From Klebsiella phage fENko-Kae01, in the sequence record OR228459.1: 64,000 nucleotides of DNA. The stretch is one strand, 5' to 3'. Below the pieces are notes generated by a model. The model worked only from the letters and a program-made list of their open reading frames with translations, ran no database searches and was not told the origin of the DNA. Position numbers and translations under genes: made by a program. How positions within the stretch are numbered: the first letter of the stretch is position 1; each line of letters opens with the position of its first letter. This document shows, piece by piece, positions 31,705 through 41,345 of the stretch.

Positions 31705-32384
31705 TGAAGCAACTTAATGAGAGAGCATTACGCCCCGACATTTTAAAAGATTTAATTCACCCAATCGTTAGTGTGGATGAATACACTTCTAAGATTGGAG
31801 AGAACAATGTAGTAGTAGCTTTTCAAGTACTAGATAATTTTGATGCAGCTTATGACCTAAGCTCCTTTATCGAAAAATCACCTATTGGAGTAATAGATAC
31901 TGAAGCAAGTGAAACTCCAAACGTTGATGGTCGATATGTAGTTTTTTCTGAATTCGAACGTAACGGTGAGTTTCCAGAGAAGCTACTAAAGCTATTAAAA
32001 ACCATTGAAAACATTTGTCCTAATCCGGGATGGAAAATTCAACTATACGGAATCAACGATCCAATTGATGTAGATTTTGATATTATTACTCAAAAAATGG
32101 AATTAGTTGAACCTGAAAAGGTACTAGAATTCTTCGACCCAGCAGGAGTTAGCGTCGATGTACTACCTGAAACCATTCGTCTAAACACCATTTATGGTGC
32201 ATTACACTTCCAGCGTGGTAGTGGTATGGTTTCCGAAAGTTATGTAAAATCTTTACTTGGTGACAAGCCACAGCTTGACAATACTCGTTTGAGTGCTATA
32301 CTAGGTGAAGACTATGATGTGCTAAGATCTGGTCAACAGTATATCGTAGGAAATCGTACAGGTCAATATATTGTACTTCGCTAA
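31704..32384 (+). CDS. hypothetical protein
   Basis: 226 aa, ATGA-coupled. Confidence 0.45.
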   Translation: MKQLNERALRPDILKDLIHPIVSVDEYTSKIGENNVVVAFQVLDNFDAAYDLSSFIEKSPIGVIDTEASETPNVDGRYVVFSEFERNGEFPEKLLKLLKTIENICPNPGWKIQLYGINDPIDVDFDIITQKMELVEPEKVLEFFDPAGVSVDVLPETIRLNTIYGALHFQRGSGMVSESYVKSLLGDKPQLDNTRLSAILGEDYDVLRSGQQYIVGNRTGQYIVLR

Positions 32385-33181
32385 TGAGAGTACTAAACAC
32401 TTTATTAGCACTACATGAAACAACAAAATGCAGTAATCAAAAATCTGGTAGAGTTGGACTTAGTAAACGTTTATACGTTCGAACCTATGAAATAAATCGT
32501 ATAGGTAAAGGATATGATAATATTAAACGTTTAGATGTTGGCACTGAATTAATTCTCAAAGCCTATCTTGCACGTAAAGTCTATATAAATGAAAAAAACC
32601 TACGAAATGGATTCTTCTTCGAGATTGAGGATTATCATAACGAAGTAGAGTTCACAAAAGGTCTTTGGAAGATCTTTTGTATTGAAGTGTTTGGAACATA
32701 CATGCCAGAATTACCCGTTCCTGAAACCTATTCAGAGTTAGAGAAAATCTTTCGTAATGATGAATTGTACTTTTCATTTTCATTGTACAAAACGGTGAAG
32801 GAAGCAGTAATACACAACCAGATAAAGAACTCAAAACATTTCCAGACTATTAAGGACTTTGATTTGTTTTGTTCATTACCGGGTATTCCCGGATGGACTG
32901 CACAGCAACATGGTGCTATGTTGGCTGATGGTAGAGTAGAGGCACCACAAAGACTAATGCAGGTTGCATTAGGTATGTTCAAACTTGAACACTTAGGATG
33001 CCCAGAACCGTACCAGTACTTTTGGAAAGAACGTGCAAACGCAGCAATGAATAAAGCGATTGCAGTACTACAAAAGTCATATATAGTAAAATTTAGAAAT
33101 GCCACAATGTATGATAAATCAGTCTTACCAGAAAGATTTGAACCAATCGAGACATTTGTATGGAACAAGAAAAGAGCGTAA
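32384..33181 (+). CDS. hypothetical protein
   Basis: 265 aa, ATGA-coupled. Confidence 0.45.
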   Translation: MRVLNTLLALHETTKCSNQKSGRVGLSKRLYVRTYEINRIGKGYDNIKRLDVGTELILKAYLARKVYINEKNLRNGFFFEIEDYHNEVEFTKGLWKIFCIEVFGTYMPELPVPETYSELEKIFRNDELYFSFSLYKTVKEAVIHNQIKNSKHFQTIKDFDLFCSLPGIPGWTAQQHGAMLADGRVEAPQRLMQVALGMFKLEHLGCPEPYQYFWKERANAAMNKAIAVLQKSYIVKFRNATMYDKSVLPERFEPIETFVWNKKRA

Positions 33182-33206
33182 AAAATTACGCTCTTTTTGT
33201 TTTTAG
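33175..33206 (+). terminator. intrinsic terminator
   Basis: GAGCGTAA-AAA-TTACGCTC then TTTTTGTTTTT. Confidence 0.65.
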
Positions 33207-33209
33207 GGG

Positions 33210-33238
33210 TTGACAAGCCAACCAGATATAGATATAAT
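33210..33238 (+). promoter_or_regulatory. sigma70-type promoter
   Basis: TTGACA-17-TATAAT. Confidence 0.6.
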
Positions 33239-33300
33239 TATCTCACTTTATTGAAGTACACACTTTTACTATCGAATAATCAAAAAGAGGGAAATCTCAC

Positions 33301-33735
33301 ATGACAGCTAAAATCGAATTCTTCTATACCCACGGTCACCACTACACTGCATCTGGCGTTATTGATGACAGCATTGTAACTGATGGTGATATTCTATCAT
33401 ATTCTTCTACTATTGAAAAAGAAAACCTTGACATTCGTACTATCGGTGTTACTGAAGTTAAAATGAAAGATCTTAAATTTGCCATTGTAACTTATAGTGC
33501 TGGTTCAATGTATGAAGGTTGTACTCAAATCATTCACGGTCTAGTTGAGAAGTTCGATATTATGGCAACTTTCACTGAAGCGGAAAAGATTCGTAAGCTA
33601 GAAGAATCCGAGCGTGAAGCTGAAGAACGTGCACAGTACCGCCGCCAGCGTGAAGCAGAGAAGTACGTAGAACGCCGCAAAAAACGTGCTGCTGAACGTA
33701 AAGCAGAACGTACTAAAAATGGTGCATCTAACTAA
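33301..33735 (+). CDS. hypothetical protein with basic/coiled C-terminal tail
   Basis: 144 aa; GAGGG RBS. Confidence 0.5.
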   Translation: MTAKIEFFYTHGHHYTASGVIDDSIVTDGDILSYSSTIEKENLDIRTIGVTEVKMKDLKFAIVTYSAGSMYEGCTQIIHGLVEKFDIMATFTEAEKIRKLEESEREAEERAQYRRQREAEKYVERRKKRAAERKAERTKNGASN

Positions 33736-33741
33736 AAAGTA

Positions 33742-33770
33742 TTGACACCGTTTTAGTACTGACATATAAT
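33742..33770 (+). promoter_or_regulatory. sigma70-type promoter with inverted repeat TGACA/TGTCA flanking the -10
   Basis: TTGACA-17-TATAAT; ACTGACATATAATACTGTCAT palindrome suggests an operator; GC hairpin in the leader (33781-33803). Confidence 0.55.
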
Positions 33771-33823
33771 ACTGTCATCAAGGGGAGCATCGTGCTCCCT
33801 TATTAATCAACAAAGGAATCGAA

Positions 33824-34957
33824 ATGAAAGGCAAATACTTTTTTATTGAAAACAGAAAAGAAATTGAAATTGCAGAATTTGATTACAAATATGTGCGGAA
33901 CGCCTTTCTAAAAGAATATGATCGTTCTGCAAACCGCAAATACTGCTACACAGTTATTGTAAGTCGTACATACGATCCAACTGGTGAACCAATTTTTGAT
34001 GTTCGGGTTCTAGACCTCAATGACATTTACTTTGACAATACTCGCTTACGTATGTTGGAAGTGATGATTGACGAAATTGGTTTTGCTAATAAACCTGAAG
34101 ATCGTCGTATTCAAAATCTTCCTATGCCTCCACTCCAGAAAGAATATCAGGAGTACTTGGAAGGTAAAAAGCGTAAAGCTGTAGTAACTGAAGTTTCTAA
34201 TCAGCTTATCGAGGTTCCACCTCCACCAGAACTTAAACGTGTTCCAGTGGCAGAAGATGATTCTCGCATCATGGCAGTGGAAGCTATGTTTTCTGATAAT
34301 GATGTAGAAGTTAAACCATTAGTAGTGCTAGATTGGGTTGATAACTTCCCTATTGCTAATCATGAAGTTACGGTTAAAATGCGTAACATGACTGAAAAGC
34401 AAATCAAAATGGCATCATCTATTAGTGCACATAGCGAGTACTTACATGGCGTTATGAATAATATCGGTTCAGTACTTGAAGAGATTTTTCCTGTTAATCC
34501 GGGGTTCTTCAAGAAAGTGTTCGGGAATACTGATTTTAAAATCGAAAAAAAGAATGTTGATTCTGTCATTGAACGTTTGACTAATGCTGTTAAAATCGAC
34601 TCTCGTCGTTTTGCTGGTTTACAGACGAATTTTGATGAAATCAAAGAAATGGCATCTGAAATCAAAGAAAACCTTGAGCAAGGTGTTATGGGCTGTAAGT
34701 TTGCCGTGGCAAGCATTGAAGATGCATACGAATTTGACATTCGTGAAGAACGTCTCATGAAAATGGGTATCGTGGCAAACCAGACACGTGCATCAATGAT
34801 GGAAGCTGAAATGAAGTTCAACATGGATATGGAACGTTTTAACGAAATCCAAACTGTGTTGCTTCCAATCCTAGTGATTCGCATTCAGTCCAGTGCAAAT
34901 TCCAAGTTGGATGATGATACGGTTAAGATTATTCGTAACATTGCAAAAAAAGATTAA
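33824..34957 (+). CDS. hypothetical protein
   Basis: 377 aa; AAGGAA RBS. Confidence 0.5.
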   Translation: MKGKYFFIENRKEIEIAEFDYKYVRNAFLKEYDRSANRKYCYTVIVSRTYDPTGEPIFDVRVLDLNDIYFDNTRLRMLEVMIDEIGFANKPEDRRIQNLPMPPLQKEYQEYLEGKKRKAVVTEVSNQLIEVPPPPELKRVPVAEDDSRIMAVEAMFSDNDVEVKPLVVLDWVDNFPIANHEVTVKMRNMTEKQIKMASSISAHSEYLHGVMNNIGSVLEEIFPVNPGFFKKVFGNTDFKIEKKNVDSVIERLTNAVKIDSRRFAGLQTNFDEIKEMASEIKENLEQGVMGCKFAVASIEDAYEFDIREERLMKMGIVANQTRASMMEAEMKFNMDMERFNEIQTVLLPILVIRIQSSANSKLDDDTVKIIRNIAKKD

Positions 34958-34965
34958 AATTGTAG

Positions 34966-34993
34966 TTGACACCATTTTGTAGTGCTGTATAAT
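34966..34993 (+). promoter_or_regulatory. sigma70-type promoter
   Basis: TTGACA-16-TATAAT. Confidence 0.55.
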
Positions 34994-35046
34994 GTTTACA
35001 TCAAGACAAGCAGCACTACTTATTAACTAAACATGAGGAATACATA

Positions 35047-36189
35047 ATGTCCGAAAAAGATATCACTCCAGCAACTAAACCTGTTCGCAAATCTGCTACT
35101 CGTAAAACTACTACCAAAGCGAAAGCGAAAGATAAAGTAGTTGTTCAGAGTGATGTTATCGAACAATCTGAAAAGCAGCTTCCAGCACTCGTCACTTCCA
35201 AAGGTGAGAAAATGGAACTAACTATCTCTAATATTCATCAGTTTGGTATGGATGCAGGTGCAAGCATTTCTACCCTAAACGACCAAATCCTTAACCGTGT
35301 TAAAGTTGCGGATAGTGGTGAATTTGGCGAGAGCGTGAATAACATTCTTGCATTGACTCGTAGTGTTGATATCGAATCACTTGGTACACCACGTAAAGGT
35401 ATTGTTGGAAAATTCCTTGGTTTTTTCCGTGATGCAAAACGTCAAGTTACTGATCAGCTTAACACCAGCTACGATCAAATTCAGGAAATTGTTAAAACCC
35501 TTGATGGTGGCGTAGCTCGTATGGAAGATGAATCACGTTGGCTTGAGCGTGTATACAATGCAAACATCGAAAACCTTCATGAATTGAAAGCATCGCTTGC
35601 TAGCATTGAAGACGTAAAAGGCCCACAAGAAGAACTGCTCAATCAAATGCGTTTGAATGATGATATTGAAGTTGAGAAGTTTGAAGAACAAAAACTAATC
35701 GTTGAAGCACTAGATAAACAAGCTGATAAGGTACGTCGCTTGATTACTCTATCTCAACTCATGGCACCACAGATTATGTCCATGCGTAAAGTTAACACCA
35801 ACACGCATGAGAAGTACCAGACTCTAATCACCACGACTATTCCAGCGTGGAAAACACAGATGAGCCTTGGTCTAATCAGTGATGCACAACGTAAAGATAA
35901 CGAGCTTTCTGATAAGATTGACAACCAGACTAACCTACTACTATCTACCAACGCAGATACTGTAGCTAAGAACATGGTTGATTCTGCGAAAGCTAACCAA
36001 CGTGGGGTGGTTGATTTGGATACACTACGTAAAGTACAGAACACTATGCTCAAAGGTATTACCGATACCATTGCAGTTGAACAAAGTGGTGCTGCTGAAC
36101 GTGAAAAAGCAAAACTCGAAATGGAAGCAATGGATCGTGATTTGAAAAATGCTCTATTAGAGATTGCTGAAAAAACTCACAAGAAATAA
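35047..36189 (+). CDS. TelA/KlaB-like (toxic anion resistance family) protein
   Basis: 380 aa, coiled-coil; ADSGEFGESVNNILALTRSVD...KGIVGKFLGFFRDAKRQ resembles the TelA N-terminal consensus. Confidence 0.45.
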   Translation: MSEKDITPATKPVRKSATRKTTTKAKAKDKVVVQSDVIEQSEKQLPALVTSKGEKMELTISNIHQFGMDAGASISTLNDQILNRVKVADSGEFGESVNNILALTRSVDIESLGTPRKGIVGKFLGFFRDAKRQVTDQLNTSYDQIQEIVKTLDGGVARMEDESRWLERVYNANIENLHELKASLASIEDVKGPQEELLNQMRLNDDIEVEKFEEQKLIVEALDKQADKVRRLITLSQLMAPQIMSMRKVNTNTHEKYQTLITTTIPAWKTQMSLGLISDAQRKDNELSDKIDNQTNLLLSTNADTVAKNMVDSAKANQRGVVDLDTLRKVQNTMLKGITDTIAVEQSGAAEREKAKLEMEAMDRDLKNALLEIAEKTHKK

Positions 36190-36196
36190 TAAAATA

Positions 36197-36220
36197 AAGG
36201 AGGCGAAAGCCTCCTTTTTC
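36197..36220 (+). terminator. intrinsic terminator
   Basis: AAAGGAGGC-GAAA-GCCTCCTTT then TTC. Confidence 0.6.
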
Positions 36221-36233
36221 GTAGGAGAAAAAA

Positions 36234-36932
36234 ATGGAAAGACGTGATGTAACAATTGATATTGAAACATGGGGTACTCCAGAGAATAGTGGATATAACA
36301 TTATTATCCCAAACTATGCATTAGTTGTAGTACCTGAAGAACCAAGAACATATGATCTAGAATGGATGTATGTTCAAATGCCAATTCAACCACAAATCAA
36401 TAAAGGTTTATCCCTAGATGCAGATGCACTTTCTTTCTGGCACGATATGTGTGCAAAAGAATATTCACGTGCCTATGAGGAAATGAAAAAATCTCTTACA
36501 TTGAATACGTGTGAGATTCGTACACGCAACTATGCACCAACTGCTAGTAAAGGTGATAGTCCGATGAAAGTGAATGACCCTACTACTATGGTAGAGTTCT
36601 TTATTTCCAACTACAGTAGAAATACTGGCAAACTATGGGGTAATGGTTGTAACTTCGATTGCAGCATTCTTCAAGAGAATCACCGTGTAATGTACAATAA
36701 CGGTAAAATGTGGCGATATGACGCACCACAGAACGCTAGGAGCCTTAAAGACCTTCTAAGTGATGAAGAACGTGCTGAAATGGATAGCATCGTACAGGAC
36801 TATCTAGGACGTTTTGAGACCACTGTTCGTGTGGAATGTGGCTTGACAAATCTTCAATTACACCATCCCCTTTATGATGCAGCACGGGAAGCCCTTCAAG
36901 TTTCATATTGTCGTATGAAGAAAAAAGGTTGA
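36234..36932 (+). CDS. dexA: DEDDh 3'-5' exonuclease (DnaQ-like; T4 DexA analogue)
   Basis: Exo I VTIDIETWG, Exo II NGCNFDCSIL, Exo III HHPLYDAAR. Confidence 0.7.
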   Translation: MERRDVTIDIETWGTPENSGYNIIIPNYALVVVPEEPRTYDLEWMYVQMPIQPQINKGLSLDADALSFWHDMCAKEYSRAYEEMKKSLTLNTCEIRTRNYAPTASKGDSPMKVNDPTTMVEFFISNYSRNTGKLWGNGCNFDCSILQENHRVMYNNGKMWRYDAPQNARSLKDLLSDEERAEMDSIVQDYLGRFETTVRVECGLTNLQLHHPLYDAAREALQVSYCRMKKKG

Positions 36933-36957
36933 CAGTACTAGCAGGGTGGGCTATAAT
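36929..36957 (+). promoter_or_regulatory. sigma70-type promoter
   Basis: TTGACA-17-TATAAT overlapping the dexA-like gene's 3' end. Confidence 0.55.
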
Positions 36958-36987
36958 CTTAGCTCACCCAAATTAAGAGGATAAATC

Positions 36988-38085
36988 ATGCTTGATTTCG
37001 CCATTCTCTTCATACCAGCATTTCTTGTTATGGTTGGTATGAAGATGCTGTACGATCATAAGATTACACCAAAAGAATTAGGTATTCATTTAGCTGCAAT
37101 CATTGTTGGTGCTGCTGTTATATTAGGAATCAACTACTACTTTCTGTATAGTGATTTACAAGATATTGAAGTACTGAACGGTGAAGTAACAGGTAAGTAC
37201 AAACATACTGAAATTTGTTCTGAATATAGTTCTTGTAAGAATTATCATTACAAAGAAAAATGCAGAACTACCTACGACAGCAAAGGACGTTCGCATCGTA
37301 GTTGTGTATCATATAAAGTTTTTGACTACCCAACTGAATACGATTGGTACGTTACTACTTCAATAGGTGAAATTGAAATAAAGCGTGTTAACCGCCGGGG
37401 TGATGTAATGCCGGATCGCTATCGTATCGCAATGATTGGTGAACCTGCATCAGTACCACATCAATACACAAACTATCTTTGGGCTGATAAACATTCTTTG
37501 TTTGCACCTGAAGACTTTGAAACAAAGTATCCAGATGATTACAAGAAAGGAATTCCAAGTTATCCATTAGTTTATGATTATTATAGGACTAATCACGTTG
37601 TTAACTTGACCAATATTCCATCATTAGGGTATAATGAATATATATCTGAAGTACTTAAAAAAGCCGGAAAAGACAAACAATTGAATATGACTATTGTTAT
37701 GTACGATAGTTCTGACCATGAGTTTGTTGATGCCACGATGACCAAATGGCGTGGCGGTAAGAAGAATGATGTACTTATGTTCTTTGGTGTTGATAAAGAA
37801 GGTAATGTAAACAAATTCTTCAGCACATCTTTCGCTGGTGGTATGAAAAACGAAATGCTTCACGCAACTATGCGTATTGATGCATTGAGCGAGAAAATGT
37901 CGCTTGACTTATTGAAGAAACAGGTATATACTGTACTTCAGAAATACGAAAGATTACCTAACGAGGAATTCAAGTACATGAAATATAAACTTGAACCTAA
38001 GAAGGAAATCATCGTGGCATGTAGCGTAGTGCTACTACTTATCTCACTGTTTATTGGTTTTTATATGAGGGACAATGATCTATGA
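36988..38085 (+). CDS. Cys-rich membrane protein, hypothetical
   Basis: 365 aa; N- and C-terminal TM helices; several Cys in the extracytoplasmic part. Confidence 0.5.
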   Translation: MLDFAILFIPAFLVMVGMKMLYDHKITPKELGIHLAAIIVGAAVILGINYYFLYSDLQDIEVLNGEVTGKYKHTEICSEYSSCKNYHYKEKCRTTYDSKGRSHRSCVSYKVFDYPTEYDWYVTTSIGEIEIKRVNRRGDVMPDRYRIAMIGEPASVPHQYTNYLWADKHSLFAPEDFETKYPDDYKKGIPSYPLVYDYYRTNHVVNLTNIPSLGYNEYISEVLKKAGKDKQLNMTIVMYDSSDHEFVDATMTKWRGGKKNDVLMFFGVDKEGNVNKFFSTSFAGGMKNEMLHATMRIDALSEKMSLDLLKKQVYTVLQKYERLPNEEFKYMKYKLEPKKEIIVACSVVLLLISLFIGFYMRDNDL

Positions 38086-38642
38086 AAAACGCACTTATCG
38101 CCGTTATCGCACTATTCGTCGTGATTGTACTTGGCGTAGCAGGTGTAGTTGGTATGTACAGCAGCAAGCATGATCAGGCTGTTAGTTTCGAAAGTAACAT
38201 TAAACGCTATTACGATGCTTCCGAAAATGATTTGAGTACTTACACACTAACCATCAAAGAGAAAACACAAATTTCCGATATGTATGTTAGTGACCTACGT
38301 TCAGTAATTGGTGAGTACTTTAACGGTAAGCAAGGTGTTACTGAAAAACAAGTAATGTCCTTTATCCAACAACACATTCCAAACTTGGATAGCAAGATTT
38401 ATCAAGAACTAATGGCAACAATTGAAGCGGGACGTAAACAGTTCAGCAATACACAAAAGATGAAAATTGATCAGTGTGCGTCATATGATAAATTCCTAAA
38501 AGGTTTCTGGAACAGTAAGATCGTTGACCGTACACAGTTCCCGTCTGCAAACATTTCTAAGTACTGTGTAGTAGTTTCAGATAAGCAGACTCGTACTGCA
38601 ATGGAAACTGGTATTCAAGAACCAATTAGTTTGAAAAAGTAA
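38082..38642 (+). CDS. LemA-like membrane-anchored protein
   Basis: 186 aa; N-terminal TM then a LemA-like helical region; weak. Confidence 0.35.
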   Translation: MKNALIAVIALFVVIVLGVAGVVGMYSSKHDQAVSFESNIKRYYDASENDLSTYTLTIKEKTQISDMYVSDLRSVIGEYFNGKQGVTEKQVMSFIQQHIPNLDSKIYQELMATIEAGRKQFSNTQKMKIDQCASYDKFLKGFWNSKIVDRTQFPSANISKYCVVVSDKQTRTAMETGIQEPISLKK

Positions 38643-38650
38643 TTTAATAT

Positions 38651-38680
38651 GCGAGTGCTTAGAGGCACTCGTTTTTTTTA
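38651..38680 (+). terminator. intrinsic terminator
   Basis: GCGAGTGC-TTAGAG-GCACTCG then TTTTTTTT. Confidence 0.65.
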
Positions 38681-38692
38681 TATAGGTGAAAT

Positions 38693-39289
38693 ATGAAAAT
38701 AAATTTTGATACATGGATGGATTGTACTTATAAAGCTATTCAACTAGTTCAGGATATAGGTCGTAATGTTTTCTATCATAATCCATTTTACAAATCTCCA
38801 CACGTATCGTTTGAAAGAATAGATGGTCGATACCACATTACTATTTCTAGAGAACTTACACGCGAAGAACAATTAGAAAGTGAAAAAGATTCACTTTCAT
38901 CTAATTCAGTTGGATGGGCAATCGGTACTATTACCTCTACTACAATATCAAGTAATACAATCACTTTACCACCTATCATTACAATTAAACTTGTCATCGA
39001 TGGTTGCTGGAGAATACAATCCATTCAATGGATTAAAAAAACTGGTCGTGGGTTGGCGATTATCAACACCTATTCGAGTGAATATGATTCATGGAAACTT
39101 GCAGATGGTGGCGGTGAAATTGTAAACTCTATTCTTTTTATTGAAAAAGGAATTGTTGTAGACGGAAAAGTATATACTGACGAAAACCCAGATGCGTTTA
39201 TGAATGATATTAGTACTGATGAAGTACGATGCTTAGATTTACTTCATATGCGTGAAAAATATAAAGAATCATTGTTTGGAACAGACTAA
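38693..39289 (+). CDS. hypothetical protein
   Basis: 198 aa. Confidence 0.45.
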   Translation: MKINFDTWMDCTYKAIQLVQDIGRNVFYHNPFYKSPHVSFERIDGRYHITISRELTREEQLESEKDSLSSNSVGWAIGTITSTTISSNTITLPPIITIKLVIDGCWRIQSIQWIKKTGRGLAIINTYSSEYDSWKLADGGGEIVNSILFIEKGIVVDGKVYTDENPDAFMNDISTDEVRCLDLLHMREKYKESLFGTD

Positions 39290-39290
39290 T

Positions 39291-39845
39291 ATGAATTTTT
39301 TACCAACTCTTAATAGTATTATGAGAAAATCTCTATATAATAAACTAGAGGCAACTTTAGCAATTATCGAAGCATTTGATTTTAGTGTTTTTGAAAATCT
39401 TGATGAAGAACAATTATCTATTCATGATATTAATATAACAATATCAAAAGAAAATAGATTTATATTTAGTAAGACTTATCGTATTGAAATTGTTTCTGAT
39501 GCTAGTGATCATTATTATCGATATGAAAACCCACATAATCTTTACATAAATGGTAGATATGAACCAATGTTTGTTGATGTGACATTTAAAGCCCTAATCA
39601 ATGATTGTAAATTAAAACGCATTGAAATGCGAATACAAGGCCAGTCATACAACAATGACCGATTGTTGAATATTTTGGTTGGGAAAGAAAAAATCTTGAT
39701 TAACAGCGAATGGTTTGATATAATGGGTCTCGAAGAGAAGATTTTTCAAATGAGTACTGTTAAGTCACCTGAACCATTTGACTTACCATCCATTGGGGAA
39801 ATGTTCAGAAAACTCCACTTATTCAACGACAGAGGCGAAAAATGA
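39291..39845 (+). CDS. hypothetical protein
   Basis: ORF track gives a GTG start at 39252 with no RBS; ATG 39291 preferred. Confidence 0.4.
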   Translation: MNFLPTLNSIMRKSLYNKLEATLAIIEAFDFSVFENLDEEQLSIHDINITISKENRFIFSKTYRIEIVSDASDHYYRYENPHNLYINGRYEPMFVDVTFKALINDCKLKRIEMRIQGQSYNNDRLLNILVGKEKILINSEWFDIMGLEEKIFQMSTVKSPEPFDLPSIGEMFRKLHLFNDRGEK

Positions 39846-40219
39846 TTTGGATTGCATTGATAGTTGTAGTATCTCTATATTTTCTATATTTTGTACTACG
39901 CAGTTGTGCAGTACTACAAGGTCTTTATTTCAAAACTGACACTAAATCAGTTGCAGGTTTAATTGGTGACTATCCAAAAATCTGTATTGGTGTCGTAATA
40001 TTCTTTGTACTAATCAACATCTATGATTACAAGAAACACGTAGTCAGTATGTATGATTGTTCAGTACAGAAGACTATTCACAAAGCAGCAAATAGTGAAT
40101 ACTCATGGTATAATGGAGAGTGCAACTTCCAAGATAAGAATGGTGTATTCATTAACATGAAGCGTGTACGTGGTCTACCCGAAGGTACTGCTGACCACGC
40201 AGATGATGATTTACAATAA
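39842..40219 (+). CDS. hypothetical membrane protein
   Basis: 125 aa; N-terminal TM helices. Confidence 0.45.
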   Translation: MIWIALIVVVSLYFLYFVLRSCAVLQGLYFKTDTKSVAGLIGDYPKICIGVVIFFVLINIYDYKKHVVSMYDCSVQKTIHKAANSEYSWYNGECNFQDKNGVFINMKRVRGLPEGTADHADDDLQ

Positions 40220-40228
40220 GGTAAAAAT

Positions 40229-40723
40229 ATGTTTGAATGGGATCAAGAGAAGTACTTTGATCCTACCGAGGACGGTTTAACTCACATCAATACATATAGT
40301 AAAGGAAGAACCGTATTGGGGAGGATGCTATCAAATTTTGCATACTCCCCTTTTGTGTATGAACCATACGGGAAATTTGATTCAGTTGAGGGATTCTGGT
40401 ACTGGTACTTAACTGGACAGAAGCATGAAGACTTGAGAACAGTAAGTGGTTCATATGCTAAAGTACTTGGTAGGAAATATGAAAGTGATAGGGTAGAACA
40501 TTCTCTCACTGAAGAAACAATTGAAGTAATGCAAGGTGCAATGATTAGTAAGATTGCACAGAATAAAGAACTACAGGAAATGTTAATTAGTAGTACTTTG
40601 CCTCTATGTCATTACTATTTCATGTATGGACGTGTCATAAATCCCTTTGATGGTCATGATTGGTTCTCCGAGACATTGGAGGATATTCGGACGGTATTGA
40701 AACTTGGGACAAATGATGTTTAA
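40229..40723 (+). CDS. NADAR-domain (YbiA-like) protein, putative ADP-ribose processing/N-glycosidase
   Basis: HINTYS...SNFAYSPF; SVEGFWYWY; ISKIAQNKELQEMLISST parallel YbiA blocks INFYS..FSNFA, TSEHYFQAQK, KFEQHAELRALLLAT. Confidence 0.55.
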   Translation: MFEWDQEKYFDPTEDGLTHINTYSKGRTVLGRMLSNFAYSPFVYEPYGKFDSVEGFWYWYLTGQKHEDLRTVSGSYAKVLGRKYESDRVEHSLTEETIEVMQGAMISKIAQNKELQEMLISSTLPLCHYYFMYGRVINPFDGHDWFSETLEDIRTVLKLGTNDV

Positions 40724-40734
40724 TGTGATATAAT
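40703..40734 (+). promoter_or_regulatory. conserved promoter class (CTTGGGACAAA-N10-TGTGATATAAT) driving a non-coding transcript
   Basis: exact match; no ORF follows for about 600 nt. Confidence 0.6.
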
Positions 40735-40741
40735 ATGTGTA

Positions 40742-41190
40742 GATATAACAATTGTGGCTGCTTTATGCAGACGTACTAAAACCGAAACCCTTGAAAACGT
40801 AAAGGGACGATGAGCATGACCACACATGCGAAGTGCAGATGAAACCCGCTCGGCGGCAATGCGGCACTATAAAAGGACACGTAAGGCACGTTAAGTCCTC
40901 TTGATAGACATATGAGGTCACTCACCAAAATGCTAAGGGAGACGTTTATACGTCGCATATAGAGCTTGATCGAATAGGCTTTGTATGATGTGGACTAAGA
41001 CCCCGACCGTTGCATATGACTGTGATAGAGAGAAACAGAGCAACCCGCTTTCGTTCTTTGACCAGTTTTAGTACGCTATAGTTGTATCTAAAATTCAGAG
41101 AAATTCACAATTCGATAATTCCGAGGCTACCAGCGTCAGAATCAATAATCAATAATCAGTACTTTAATTAGTACTTTTTTATTGTCTTCA
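40742..41190 (+). ncRNA. candidate structured non-coding RNA (~450 nt) with its own promoter and terminator
   Basis: ORF-free in all frames; relatively GC-rich for this genome; many local hairpins; bounded by promoter 40703-40734 and terminator 41158-41184. Confidence 0.45.
41158..41184 (+). terminator. intrinsic terminator
   Basis: AGTAC-TTTAATTA-GTACT then TTTTTTATT. Confidence 0.55.
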
Positions 41191-41345
41191 TTCCCCAATG
41201 GGGGGATGAAATTGCCTCTACAAACCTCGTCAGGAATAAAAGTACAATATGAATTGAGTTACGATAATACGAACGTAGTGAGTATTAAGAGTAACGAAAA
41301 TTCTTAGACAATCGTAGATTGGCTAATTAGACAATAGGAACAATA

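Noticed and set aside
32728-33216. 162-aa antisense ORF
   Set aside because: Nested antisense to 32384-33181; runs through the intrinsic terminator; no RBS.
34360-34884. 174-aa antisense ORF
   Set aside because: Fully nested in the + strand gene 33824-34957; no start context; composition artefact.
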